Part shown: piece after piece, positions 12,724 through 24,879 of the stretch | How positions within the stretch are numbered: the first letter of the stretch is position 1 | How the letters are laid out: each line of letters begins with the position of its first letter | Source: Saccostrea cucullata | Taxonomy: Eukaryota | Length of the DNA stretch: 64,000 nucleotides | Reading direction: 5' to 3' | NCBI RefSeq assembly: GCF_032062105.1 | Contig: NW_026939192.1 | Location: forward strand, 558,001 to 622,000 | The notes under the pieces: model-generated | The model's input: only the letters and a program-made list of their open reading frames with translations | Database searches by the model: none | What the model was told of the DNA's origin: nothing | Translations under genes and position numbers: made by a program

Positions 12724-13733
12724 GGAAAGATGAAACTCATGTGGAATCATCCTCAGGTAGTGTAGATTCAAGTTTGTTCAAATCATGACCCCCGGGGCTA
12801 GGGTGGGGCCAAAATACCCAAGTTTTACATAGGGATATATAGGGAAACCTTTTAAATCTTCTTTTCAAGTACTTCAAAGCTATGATTAGTGATATTTATA
12901 TGGAATCATCCTAAGGTAGTGTAGATTCTAGTTTGTTCAAATGATGTTAAATTAAAGCCTGATGTGCTCAGGTGAGCGCTGTGGCCCCTGGGCCTCTTGT
13001 TTAAGGTTATGACAAATGCAGTCTTCAAATAAAGCAATATATATATTTAAACAATAATTTCATGTTTAAACAATATTTTTTTTTAATCAAAACTGCCAAT
13101 GACACATATATACACTTTTAAGCATGCACATCTGTTGCGATATTTTTCTCTCAATTAAATCTTTAAAAAGAATGGAATTGGTCCTCATCATTTCAAAACA
13201 CATTCTTTTGAAGGTAACGGAGTTATAGATTTTGAAGAATTTCTCGAAATGATCGTCAAAGAAATGAAGAAAACTGACACGGAGGAAGAAATGAGAGAGG
13301 CTTTTCGTATTTTTGATCGCAGTGGAAACGGTTACATCAACGCTCAGGAGTTAAAGTACGGGATGTTCTACATGGGGGAGAGGCTGACTGACGAAGAGGT
13401 GGACGAAATGATGAAGGAAGCGGACAGAGACGGGGATGGTAGAATCACATTTGAAGGTAGGCTAAGACAGTATTAAGAGGTAGAATTTTATTTTTCTGAA
13501 ATCATTGCTATTCACTGTCTTATTGTTGTTGTAATGTTTTTTTTTACTGTTAAAGTGGTCAAGATGAAAAAAGATTTACATAGGTATATTATAGCCAATA
13601 TATTTTATGAAAAAGAAGATATTATGACTACCATATTTAACTGGATCAAACACAAACTTTCTGTATACATGTAGATATTTTTTTTTGATTTTTTGTTTTA
13701 GATTTTAAAGTTCTTATGAAGTCGAAGAGATAA
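10471..13733 (+). CDS. CaM-like gene 2, 150 aa. Exons 10471-10473, 11367-11397, 11617-11760, 13214-13456, 13702-13733
   Basis: [32 protein letters not shown]...[12 protein letters not shown]...[12 protein letters not shown]...[21 protein letters not shown]. Canonical CaM exon sizes; ATG|gtaagt first exon. Confidence 0.9.
11902..13002 (+). mobile_element. HINE/Helentron-like non-autonomous element with (GTC/GTT)n microsatellite and ~4.5 x ~167-bp satellite core, in intron 3 of gene 2
   Basis: 5' TTTTTAGCTCACCTGAGCC.AAGGCTCAAGTGAGC hairpin, microsatellite, tandem units starting AAAATCTTCTTCTCCAGAACC, 3' inverted GCTCAGGTGAGC plus GGCCCCTGGGCC hairpin and TT ends. Confidence 0.85.
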
Positions 13734-14434
13734 CCGTAGACTTAATTGACTACAAAGATAAGATATTTGGTTGTTTTGGAATTTTTAACTTTTGACGGAT
13801 CGATTTACCTATAACGCTGATTTCGTAAATCGTTTCATCGTTGATGTATTTATTTCATATACTGCATAATAAGTATAACTTTGCAACAGAGTTGGAGGGA
13901 TAATGTAACGCAATAGCGTGTGTGTTTGTATACTATATTCTGTGTGAAACAAAAGTTACGAGATTTACATCCGAATCAATGTCAAATGTCGCCTTGATTT
14001 TAGAAATGCTCTCTGCGAGGATATGTACCGTCTTGCAGTACCCTTGGTAATTATAAATATATTCATTTGATATAATTGTACATTGATAATTATGTAACAT
14101 GTTGTATATAATGTACGAAATATAAATAAAAATATTTGATCGTCATAAATGGACATGCATGGTTTTTTCCTTCTTTGTATCATGTTTGTTTTTCTTTTCT
14201 TAAAAAGACATTTTTTAATTTTGCTAACTAAAAATTAGTTTCAGTTATAAAAATCTTGTTTTTCTACCATGACAAAAGGTGTTAAGGAAATTCTACAATC
14301 AATTAGTTCTAACCAATATTACGTCAAACTTTGTTGTCACTGCTAGTACTATTATTAATTGTTTTTGCTCCACTTTTTTTACTAATATTATTTATACTAG
14401 TTATATTGTCACTTCAACTTCTCTAATTCATAAT

Positions 14435-14700
14435 GAGGAACGACTTTACTGTACCGGTCCCCAGTGTTGCCGAAGGCGACTTCAGTATATATAAGATCGC
14501 GTGAGGGATCGAAAAAAATTTAAATACGGGTTTGTTTTGACTTTTTGACCCTGTCCTGTGTCGCAGTAGGTGTTGGCACGAAAAACTCTCCCTGTTCAAT
14601 GGCCCCGAAATTTGCAGATCTCCACCGACAAGTGGTGGCTTCTCCTTATGATTGAAAAAATCTCGAGAGGGACGTTAAACAGCATACAAACAAATAAACA
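14435..14700 (+). mobile_element. SINE body and 3' tail (5'-degenerate)
   Basis: Shares TGTCGCAGTAGGTG.TGGCA and AAAAA.TCTCGAGAGGGACGTTAAAC-(A-rich) tail with the reverse-strand SINE at 57770-58058. Confidence 0.65.
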
Positions 14701-16563
14701 TCATTCTCACACATGTCACCATTATTCTTCTGAAAGTACTTCATCACCATTGCCTACCCTCGCAATTGCCTGCCAATGATCCATACTTGTATGTTCTATT
14801 TTCTCAGTAAGAAAGTAAAAATTATTCCCGAGGCGCATAATCTTGCTTTATTTTTTAAATAGAGGAAACTAAGAAATAGATATAATAAGCATTATGTTAT
14901 CACAATGATATTTAGAAATTGAAATTTCTATTAAAACATGTTTGAGTGATACGAAATATATTTAAAAAATCGAACACAAAAAAAGTAAAATCAATTAGTA
15001 AACTTTGAATAATGTGTATTTTGAAGTGGTTAATTGAAATGTAATGGACGGTTTATTTGTTAGTGAAATTAAATACTCTGTCAGCAATTAACAAAGGACT
15101 GATTGACATATACAAGGACAGACAGGTTCTTGTGATTGCTTTTGTGTATTCTGAATCGTGAAACTGGATCATTCGTCACCATTCTCATATCTTTTCTTCC
15201 TGAAATCAAAATATCTATATCAGTAACAGGGTCAAGAGATTCAATTCCACAGAAAACCCTTCTCCTTTCATTTCATTTTAAATCTTAATTTAAATAATAT
15301 TTTTTAATCTCACATTTCCTTCCTTTATTACTTTTTTTTCAAAATAAATCAAAGTAGTTTTGATAGGACTTCCACTTAAGTTAACTCCATAACAATTACA
15401 AAATGCATATTTCATGCTGGGCTATGGTTTGGCTATAATTTCAATATTCATTATTCTATTAGCTCTGATACACCATAGATCTTACCTTTGTTTACACCTC
15501 TGCAATGTCTTTTTAAATTTTGTCTTTTTTATCAGAGGGGATCTTTTGTTACTTCAGATGTGTCAACAGGCTTTACTTTGTCAATACATCGATGTTTAAA
15601 GATTTTATTATCTACCAGTATCGTTAAAAAGTTGGCAATATATATATGATAATGATCTTAATGGTCTGTGAAGTAGTACAGTCCAAATATAAACTGGGAA
15701 GATATTATTTACCTTTATGGAAAACTCTCATTTCTCATACAGGTAAACTAACTATATACATGTATTCCATGGCATTATCCGAGGTTTGAAAGAATTGGAA
15801 ATTGCATTTGCAGTAATATGTCTAGAAGTTCTGAGTAAATATATAAAAATTGTATACGTACATATGTACATCGATATTTCCAAGTTGAATTGATCATTCA
15901 GAAAATTTTGCTATCTTGAAATGTATCCTTTTTAAAGGCAAAAAAATTAAGGAGGGTTTGGTCAATTAATCTAACTATAAATGACAATTTATTTGAATAA
16001 ATCAAGTGCGTAAATATGAAAACTTTTTGACTTTTGAATATAAATGGATACCGAATTCCAAACAATGAAACCACGCTTTTTAAAAATTCAGATCGTAAGT
16101 TCATTTAAATAGAAAGAACTTAATAATGTGTTTTTACTAGAGATCACCTCCATGAAATGAAAAAGCTTTAAGGGAAATAAAACACCCTATCTCCTATTTT
16201 CATTATGGAACAATTATTTCTGGATCAAGACATGTTATGGTTGATTAAAACATTCTTTACATTTTAAAGCCAAAAAAAAAATTAACATCGTAAGCAATGT
16301 TTTTGCAGAAACCAGAACTTAAAAATGGGATTTTTCATTTACGTAAGTATCAAAACGTAATAAACATCGAAACTATTGCAATTTACATATGTACATTAAG
16401 AAAACAATTAAAAATGATTAATTATTAAATCTTGCTCATGTTATCTCATTTCTGCTAATATTCGATGTGATACAATTCAATAAATGATAAATCAAAGCAA
16501 AATGCATTTTTTATATTGACAGATGAACCTAGACAATGCATAGATTTTGACATTCTAACTGCA

Positions 16564-17864
16564 ATGGACAATTTAAGTGAAGAACAAATTGAAGGTATGA
16601 AGTATTGATGCTTAAAATTACACGCACAAAGCTACATTATTTTCGTTTTTTTGTTAAGAAAAGATAATTTTTTATCGATTTTCACATATAAATGGTTTTA
16701 GAAGGTCAAAAATCACAAATCTACTGCAGTCAGAAAATGTAAAGGCAGACATTGAAATTTTTTTTCATGATACCAACAGATTACAAAATACTTCTCTTGA
16801 ACCTTTGCCGTCCATAGATTGAACTTTCTCCATCTACAAATACCATGTACTACTGAATTTTTCTTCTCTTTTTTACACACAGAGTTCAGAGCCGTGTTTG
16901 ATTTATTTGATGGATCTGAGAATGGTGTTATTAGTATTAAAAATTTGGAACATGTTCTGAAAACAATTGGAAAGCAACCGTCTTCCAGAGAACTCAAAGA
17001 TATGATTAGAGTGGTGGATCCTACAGGTTTGTTTAAATGCCTTAAATGCATTATGACTACATTTTCTTTATCAATTATTTACAAGTTACATATATCAAAT
17101 TTTCAATATAGATAAAGGCGAGATCTCATTCGAGGACTTCATTAAGGTAATGTCCAAACAGATTAGAAACAGTGATAAAGAAGCAGAGCTGATGGAGGCC
17201 TTCAGAGCCTTTGATACAAATAAAAGTGGTTATATCAGTGCTGGGGAACTCAGAACTGTCATGACAAATATGGGAGAAAAAATGACCGAAGAACAAATTG
17301 ATGGAATGATCAGCGAAATTGACAGCAATAGAGACGGTAAAATTAACTTTGAAGGTGAGTACTTTGTATGTATAATATTGCCATTTCGACCTTCTTTCAT
17401 TCGTAATATTATTTCTTTCAATATTCAATGAGTCAACAGAAAAAAATAAATTCTGCATTTGCATCTATATTCATAAGATAAGATAAGTAAATAAAAAAAG
17501 ATTTCAATGTCTTGATATTTTTTTCTTTTGAGAGAAAATATGTCATACTAAATTTAAAAAAAGTTAGATCTAACAACGCTGTCATTTTGACGCTTTAAAG
17601 GACAGTCACACAAACTATCTAGCTTTTTTGACTTGTGATATAAATTCCCTGTCTCTGTATCGATTCTGTTGTCAGCCATTCGTTTTCTTAAAATATACAA
17701 AATAATCTTTACGTACGGTTTGGGCAATTTTTTTACGCAAAAAAAAAATGTTGAAATACAACACAATACTTGAAATATCTATATTTAATTTGAAATGATT
17801 TTGTTTTATTTTGCCAGAATTTATCACGTTAGTGATTAGTCGACCAGACCTGCTTCTTCGTTAA
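16564..17864 (+). CDS. CaM-like gene 3, ~154 aa, degenerate N-lobe and intact C-lobe. Exons 16564-16594, 16883-17026, 17112-17354, 17818-17864
   Basis: [31 protein letters not shown]...[12 protein letters not shown]...[12 protein letters not shown]...[26 protein letters not shown]. 144/243-nt internal exons with GT-AG. Confidence 0.88.
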
Positions 17865-18234
17865 GTCATAATCATGGCTTTGGAATGTCCAGAGATCGAA
17901 ATATATATCTTGAACAGCTATAACTTCAACCATTGGATTCATTAATTTTATCATTTTATGAAACACGTAGCAATTTTCAAAAATAAATGTTGAACGTAAT
18001 AAATATCTTAAAAAGAAACTTGTGTTTTGTGTTTATGATAGATAGAATAAGTAATAATGATGACATAATCAAACATAAGGCATCACAAAACATTGTGCTT
18101 ATTTTTTCTTTCGGTAAAATGCGACATTTGGAGAGTTCATATAAATTAGCAGCCTTTGAACTGCACAAAAGAAAATATGAATCCAATAAAAATTGACACA
18201 ACACTTACATATACCATCGAATTACTCTCTTTAT

Positions 18235-19272
18235 TTAAGAGAGGTGAGACAGAGATACCGTACTGACCCTCCCTCTTGGTAAAGTGGAATTTCTTTTACA
18301 TTTACAAACAAGACTCCTCAGTTCATCTCTAAAGGATGGACAAGTCAAAAAATACATGAAGAAATGACCAGCACTGTTCACATACTGCAGCATATTTCCA
18401 ATCGTCCAAGCCAATTTATACTGGGCAAACTGCTTCCCTTGGTAGTCAGTGTCAACGAAAAGGGACTTGGGCAGTTCTACGATGATGATTGGACACGTCA
18501 GGACAAGGAACACAGAACTCACTGTTAGCAGCAACTTTGTCAAGTGTGACGATCGTCTGGCAGTGAGACTCTCCTTTCTTATCTCATTGGTAATAGAAAA
18601 TTTTGAATCTCTGTACGAAAAAGCTTTTTTCCTGGATTTTGTAATGGCTCTGACAAGTAAAATATTACAGGAGAACATTATCAGGAAAGGGAGCACACAA
18701 AACACACAGAAATCTATCCACGGCCAGACATCAGAGGTGAAGTAGTTAGCTTCAACGCAAGGTTCCTCTTCGTCAGATGTTTTCATATTCCAGAATAAGT
18801 GTACATTTAGAGCAATCATCCCAATAAAGATGGCAGTAATAGTGGCTTTGCAAATTTTAAAGTGATCGTATGTTCTAGCTTTCAGTGGTAAGCAAACGGC
18901 AATACAACGATCCACTGTGACTGCAACCAGAATCCAGTTAGTAAAGTCTGTAGACAAGTAGACAAGAAAGGTATGGATCTTACAACCAATGGAATAATTT
19001 CGAATATTGACTTTGAAAGCATAGTTAATCCAATCTGGAAACAGACATCCGTTCAACAATAAAATATCTCCAAGGGCTAGATATTTGAGATATGTAAAGG
19101 AAGAGGATCTAAATCGACATAGTTTGTGCTGATTGAGAACGATTACAGACAGAAGACTGCCCACATTTCCGACAACAATGAGAAAAGGAGAAAGGAATGT
19201 CCACAAAGCCTTCTGAATTTTATATTCTGAAACCTCCCTAAACAGAACACTATCAGAGGAGTTGCTCGACAT
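18235..19272 (-). CDS. Single-ORF class A (rhodopsin-family) GPCR, 345 aa, FMRFamide-receptor/GPR139-like orphan type
   Basis: Seven hydrophobic segments; GN in TM1, LALGD in TM2, CK before TM3, DRC for DRY, P in TM5 and TM6, TM7 NSAGHFFMY, helix-8 FRDEL; N-terminal NSS sequon. Confidence 0.9.
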   Translation of the reverse strand: MSSNSSDSVLFREVSEYKIQKALWTFLSPFLIVVGNVGSLLSVIVLNQHKLCRFRSSSFTYLKYLALGDILLLNGCLFPDWINYAFKVNIRNYSIGCKIHTFLVYLSTDFTNWILVAVTVDRCIAVCLPLKARTYDHFKICKATITAIFIGMIALNVHLFWNMKTSDEEEPCVEANYFTSDVWPWIDFCVFCVLPFLIMFSCNILLVRAITKSRKKAFSYRDSKFSITNEIRKESLTARRSSHLTKLLLTVSSVFLVLTCPIIIVELPKSLFVDTDYQGKQFAQYKLAWTIGNMLQYVNSAGHFFMYFLTCPSFRDELRSLVCKCKRNSTLPRGRVSTVSLSHLS

Positions 19273-20079
19273 TTTGTGTCCGAAATGTAGTCTTCTTGGT
19301 GAACTTCTGCATCCAAGACATGCTCCGGGATAATTGAAACTCTGTAACGATTCCTCTGTTTAAACATGATTGAAAGATAACGTTTTTCTTCACTCTTCAC
19401 AAAAGACAGATGAGTAAACAAATTGAACATGAATTTTTTTTTACTTCAAAGCTACATTTCTTGGTTATAATTAAAATACCATAACCGAATTTTGGTGTCG
19501 AGGATGATAGAGTCATTAATGTCTCAAAACTTTAATCGGTAATTTATTGAATGAGTATAAACTGATGATAAAGCAGTCTCAATTCAAACAGTATTGCATC
19601 TAAAATGTTCGAGTTTTATGCATTATTTATGCATTATTTACTTAGTACTCATTTATTTCTTTATCTTTTTTGCAATCATATGTATCAAAGAAAAAAAATT
19701 GTATGTTGACTTAAAACTCAGAAAATTTTCACCTTTTTATTTCTTACAGATTTCTGTTGAAGACATACTGTACACGTGAAAGGAATAAAAATAACCACAG
19801 AAGTTAATCACGCATACTTTTTTGTGCATGCTTGATGATGTATATATTTTTTTTACAAGAAGTGCAAAAATATTTTTTAAATTTGAATTACGATTGATCA
19901 GTTCTATTACAATCAAAACAAGAAAAGAAAGTGATAGTAGAAAATGAATTAAAATCTGCTAGCTGAACGCTTGAGTTTTAAAGTTCTTAATATCTGTAAA
20001 AGCAATCTTCTAGATTTCTTTTTTCTTTTTTTTTACAATCGAAAAGTTAAGTTTAAGAGCTGTTTTACAGACTAAAGAC

Positions 20080-20290
20080 AACCAAGTAGCAACTTGATTG
20101 TATGACAAGCAAGATGATTTCAGCTTTTCTATCTTCAACTTTCCTTATCTATGTAGTAATATTCCAGTATCACCTGCTTATATCTCCCAACTTTTTCGCT
20201 GATCAAGAGCTTGCTCTGAGTATCAATCTTTAAAGCAAGGTATGCTACTCACTGATAAATTTATGTTACAGGAATTTCAAAGTCGACATT
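20080..20290 (+). mobile_element. Degenerate Naiad-type RT C-terminal fragment
   Basis: TATGACAAGCAAGATGATTTCAGCTTTTCTATC..AACTTTCCTTATCTATGTAGTAATATTCC matches 4470-4540. Confidence 0.65.
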
Positions 20291-20627
20291 TTAAAAATTT
20301 TATTATAAAAATGACCTTTTTAGCAACTTTTATCTATAGCTATTATTTGGTCGTATTTTTACTGTCTGGTTTCACACCAAATGTTAGGCCTTTGATTTAA
20401 AATTCGTCAAATCTGTAATGATTTTAGAAAACGATCGATAGTACTAAAGTGTGTTATGTAAAGATTTAAAATGATATAAACAGTATGTCAATTCAACTGT
20501 CAAAGTTTTAAAGATCTTCTTTCGTTTTCAATGAAGCGAGTGCGTGTCAAATCTTTCTTTAGGAACGCATTTACTGGAATTAAATACTTTTCATAACGTT
20601 AGAATGTTTGTTGTATAAAATCTTAAA

Positions 20628-23600
20628 ATGGAAGATTGTACACTTCCTCTTGATAAAAATGAATTCGACTCACTAGATACTGATGAATGTAGCACAACTG
20701 AAGACGGCGGAAGTCTAGACGAAGAGGTTCCGGAAGTAAGGCAACGCGCTCCATCACACGCTGTCATTACCTCTATATCTGAAGATGAAAACTTGAAAGA
20801 GTCAACACCAAACTGGGAAGGTATAAGAACTTATCATTTATTGTTATTTAAAATAAGGATAAGATAATTATCAACCATTTATTAAATAATTTGGTTCTTA
20901 TAGGTTATTTTCTATGTTTATATAGCAGATTTGATTTTTTTTCAATCTATTTTCTCTTCTCTTTATAATATTTACGTACATGTATTTTCTGCTCATCAGA
21001 ACCATCTTGATATGCTTTTAAATATTGCTGAAATAAGCCCGTTTTAAAATTATTGTTTTTTAAAGTATGATATAACTGTATTAAAAAGAGTCTCAAATAT
21101 TGATTTTTATTTTAATGAGTGTATTCAGGCACCGAGAAAAACACATACTACACAAATAACACCTTTAAACAAGCATCTATGCTTATGAAAACAAAAGATC
21201 GATTACTTGTACTTCTTTTGAAGATTATAAGGAAATATTCAACAAGTTCGATGCAGACAAAGATGGCTACTTGTCATCGAATGATATCAGACAAGTTCTG
21301 CATGCCTATGGTATTGTTTCAACTGAGGGCGAGTTACAAGAGGTGCTAGCGGAATTCGACAAGAAAGGTATACCTGTAGCACAGGTATTTTTCTTATTTT
21401 GTTTGGAGACATGCCTACATATCTTAGATTATGTCAACTTAAAGTAAAGCCAAAAAAAACTTTGTCAACATGCAAAGATCAGTCAAAATATTGTGGGGGA
21501 ATATGTTGTTGTTGTGCTAAATCACTCGGAGCTCCTCTTGAGCTAATTAATGCATGTACTAGGGCTGTTCAATAAATAATGTCCTCGGTGCTCGAAAAGA
21601 AATAATAAACGCTTTTCAATGATTTAGTCTTAATGATTTCACTTAAATATTCTCTTTTAATATGAACACAGGTCCGTAACATTTTTACCTACTTTCTGAT
21701 TGTTTTAGAACACATTTTTGAGCAGGACCCATCGTACACTGGAATATGGCAGATCCTATGATTTCCTGGACTTTTCTTCTTTCTGAAATGTGTTTTTTTC
21801 AAGTTTGGAAAATGATACAAATCAAAGGGTGAAAGATCTGGCCAATTTTGTTGGTGTGACAAAACACTAACAATCTGTTTATCCCCCAAACTCCTTTTCT
21901 CTTCATGGCGTATGGGTTTGGACGCTATCATGAACTTGAATGTAGTGGATACCTGATTCTGGTTCCATCCTCTCATAAACCTTTCATTTGTTGCAAAAAT
22001 TTGCTTTCTACACTTCTCCAGAGAATAAACTGCCTCCCCGAATAACAATTTGGACAATAAAACCACTAATATTTAAGAAAATGGCATATAAGCCTGTTTC
22101 TGTGCTTTTGCAATTCTTTGCTTTTCTCAGACCTTGGCTGTTTTTATCAAGTGCATCTAATCATAAATTTGTTTTAAGGGTTGAAAGCAATGGATTCAAG
22201 TTTCATTATCTGTTTGAATTTCAGAAAAACGTTGATAACTACAATTTTTGATTTTTTTTAAATAATTGTTTAGATATTCTAACACGCTGTCGTTTTCACT
22301 CATTTTTCAAAACATAGGGTGACCATTGAGTACTAAGCATTTTTACTGTCAAATGTTTCTTTAAAACAGTGTTAACTCCAACCAAAACGATGCCTTTTAA
22401 TTATGCCATGTGTAGTAAAGTTAATAAAACATCGTCAGTGATGATTGTTGAATTTTGGCAAACAGTACATTGGTTGTTGTAAGTCCTTGTCGTCAAGGAC
22501 GGTACCCATTTTTGATGCCAATTAAATCTTTTTTGTTCATTGAAATCCACGTGCTCAAGTGGCTATAAAACACACATTGGTTGCTGTAAATTTGTCATAT
22601 TTCAGTGAACATTCCTTTGGGATTCTTAACGAGTTATGCAACAGCTTAAATGAAGCGTTTAATTTCACTTTAGTTTACTGATTCTTCACCATTCATTTTT
22701 AATGCAGTGTCTCGAATAGCCCTTGTTTTCCAGCTTCTCACAATGAAACTATGTGATGAAAAGTGGTCACATAAACTGTAATCAATTCATTAAAGATTCA
22801 ATCATGAGAGAAAGTCAAGCTTTATGTCATATGATTTCTATACTGTATGTTATAGAGCTCAGGACATTATTTATTGAACAGCCCTCGTACAATCATTTAA
22901 TCCAATCCAAAACTCCTAATATCATTCCTTTGAAAACGAGTTACATTGTTGCAAGTCCAACTTTAGTGAAGAAATTTATGCAGTGCGAAATATGAAATAG
23001 GTTAAAAGGTGAAGAAATGCATCCATTTGATGCATATTTCTTCATCAAAAGCATTCGAGTTTGTATGGGGGATGCAAAGTCAAAAACGAATTGCCTATTG
23101 ATGGGCACTTAACAATATTTTGAAAAAGACAACTGTTTCTGCAGGGGGGGGGATGGAGGACCATGATTTGATTTTTAATTTCTTTATAAATATAGGCAAT
23201 GGTTTGGTAACTCTGGACAAATTCGTGTCTGTAATGAACAGCCACAAAGGTCCGTTCAGTAAAAAAGACGAAAAAGATTTTGAATTTCACGAGGTGTTTA
23301 GAGTGCTCGATAAGACCGGAACAGGAAGTATAACCCCACAGGCTCTGTGTGAGTTTATGGCAGAATTTGAACCTTCATTTGATGAGGAACACGCTTTTGA
23401 CCTTGTTAAGCAGTTTGACACAAAGGGCAATGGTGATTTGTGTTTTGAAGGTAAACAAATATATAGTTTTATTAAATATATTATACAATGCAATTTAAAA
23501 TTTATTCAATATTTATGTCAAATCTTGGTTCATTCTAACTTCAGTACCCGGAAAATGGGTGCAGTTTAGGGAGATACGGTATCTTAAGCTGTCAACAATC

Positions 23601-23849
23601 ATTTGGCAAAGAAAAAATTCATACATTTTAGGTTTAAAATTTGATGATTTTTGTATAATCCTTATCTGGAGCTCTTCTCTTTTATAAGCAGATCCAGATA
23701 GTCTGAAAATGGCTTCCACCCTCAGCCTCTATAACCATTTAATGCTTTCATGTAGACATAATGTGAGGGTGTTAAATTTATGTGTTTTGTAAAATAAATG
23801 TTTTCTTTTTGTCATAGATTTTGTGAAATTATTAATAGCAAGGGTTTGA
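20628..23849 (+). CDS. CaM-like gene 4, 207 aa, long acidic N-terminal region and degenerate EF-hands. Exons 20628-20820, 21224-21367, 23196-23450, 23818-23849
   Basis: Phase-1 junctions as in CaM; 144-nt exon DYKEIFNKFDADKDGYLSSND...; loops DKKGNGLVTLDK, DKTGTGSITPQA, DTKGNGDLCFED; last exon DFVKLLIARV*. Confidence 0.85.
21559..22887 (-). mobile_element. Full-length degenerate mariner (Tc1/mariner) transposon in intron of gene 4
   Basis: 27-bp TIR C(T/G)AGGGCTGTTCAATAAATAATGTCCT at both ends, TA duplication (21557-21558, 22888-22889), 1.33 kb. Minus-strand remnant HQQNWPDLSPFDLYHFPNLK resembles the mariner YSPDLAPxD motif. Confidence 0.88.
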
Positions 23850-24879
23850 TTTGATGTGAGGATTACATTCAGTAACGACAACTGGATCCAGACTTCTGTC
23901 TCTCTACAAGAGTTACTCCTCTTCACCGGTGTCCTGGAAGTGCCAACCAGTGGGAACAATCTAAGTTCTGCATACTGTTATACGTCTTTTTTTTTAATTA
24001 CAATTTAATAAGACTCTTTATCCTTCCATAATAAACGCACATAAATAAATATCATAAAATCAATATGTTTTATAAACATACCAGGGTAATACATAATCGA
24101 TTTATGTTCGGTTACATAATTATGTTATTCTTTTCTTCTCTTTGACATCTGTAATTTGATTTTGTTTGAAATAAGAAAAACAACGTTTGACAAAACAATC
24201 AGGAACCATTACTGGATTTAATCAAACTTTAAAATACCTTAAAAATCTCTTTACATGAGAAATATATAATTATTTCATTTCACACTCCGCATCAGCCCAA
24301 GATCCCTACATGTATATCAACCTGAGGGCCTAAGCCTCATATATAGGGCTGATAAACGATCTTTATCGAGAAAGTGATAAGCAATAGGGTACAATATATG
24401 TTTTATTTCATTACATCCTTAGTGAAAACATACAAATGATTATTCAAAAGCGGTATCATTTTACTAGAGAACAAATAGAAAAAAGGAATATAAAAACTAT
24501 AGATTTTCCCATTAATGGTAAAGTTAAATAATACCTCCATAAGTTATTTTTTTGATTTTTGATCACAGTCAGAAAATTAATATTGTTGTAGGAAATTGTT
24601 ACATATAAAATTTTACTGCACCTTAATTCATGTGATTGCTAAATGCTTTTTACGAAATAGAAATTATATAAAACCAGTTCTGCAAGCAAATGATACTGTT
24701 TTGTTTTGTTATATATTTTACATGTATCTGTGGCATTTTTTTTTCTCACTTTGAATGGAATCAACATCTTCAAAGTTCCATGTGCAATATACCAATTTTA
24801 TATATTTTAGCAATTTATACCACTAAAAATATATAATCCTGATGTTTCTCAATTTGATGTATCAAGATTTTTTTTTAAT

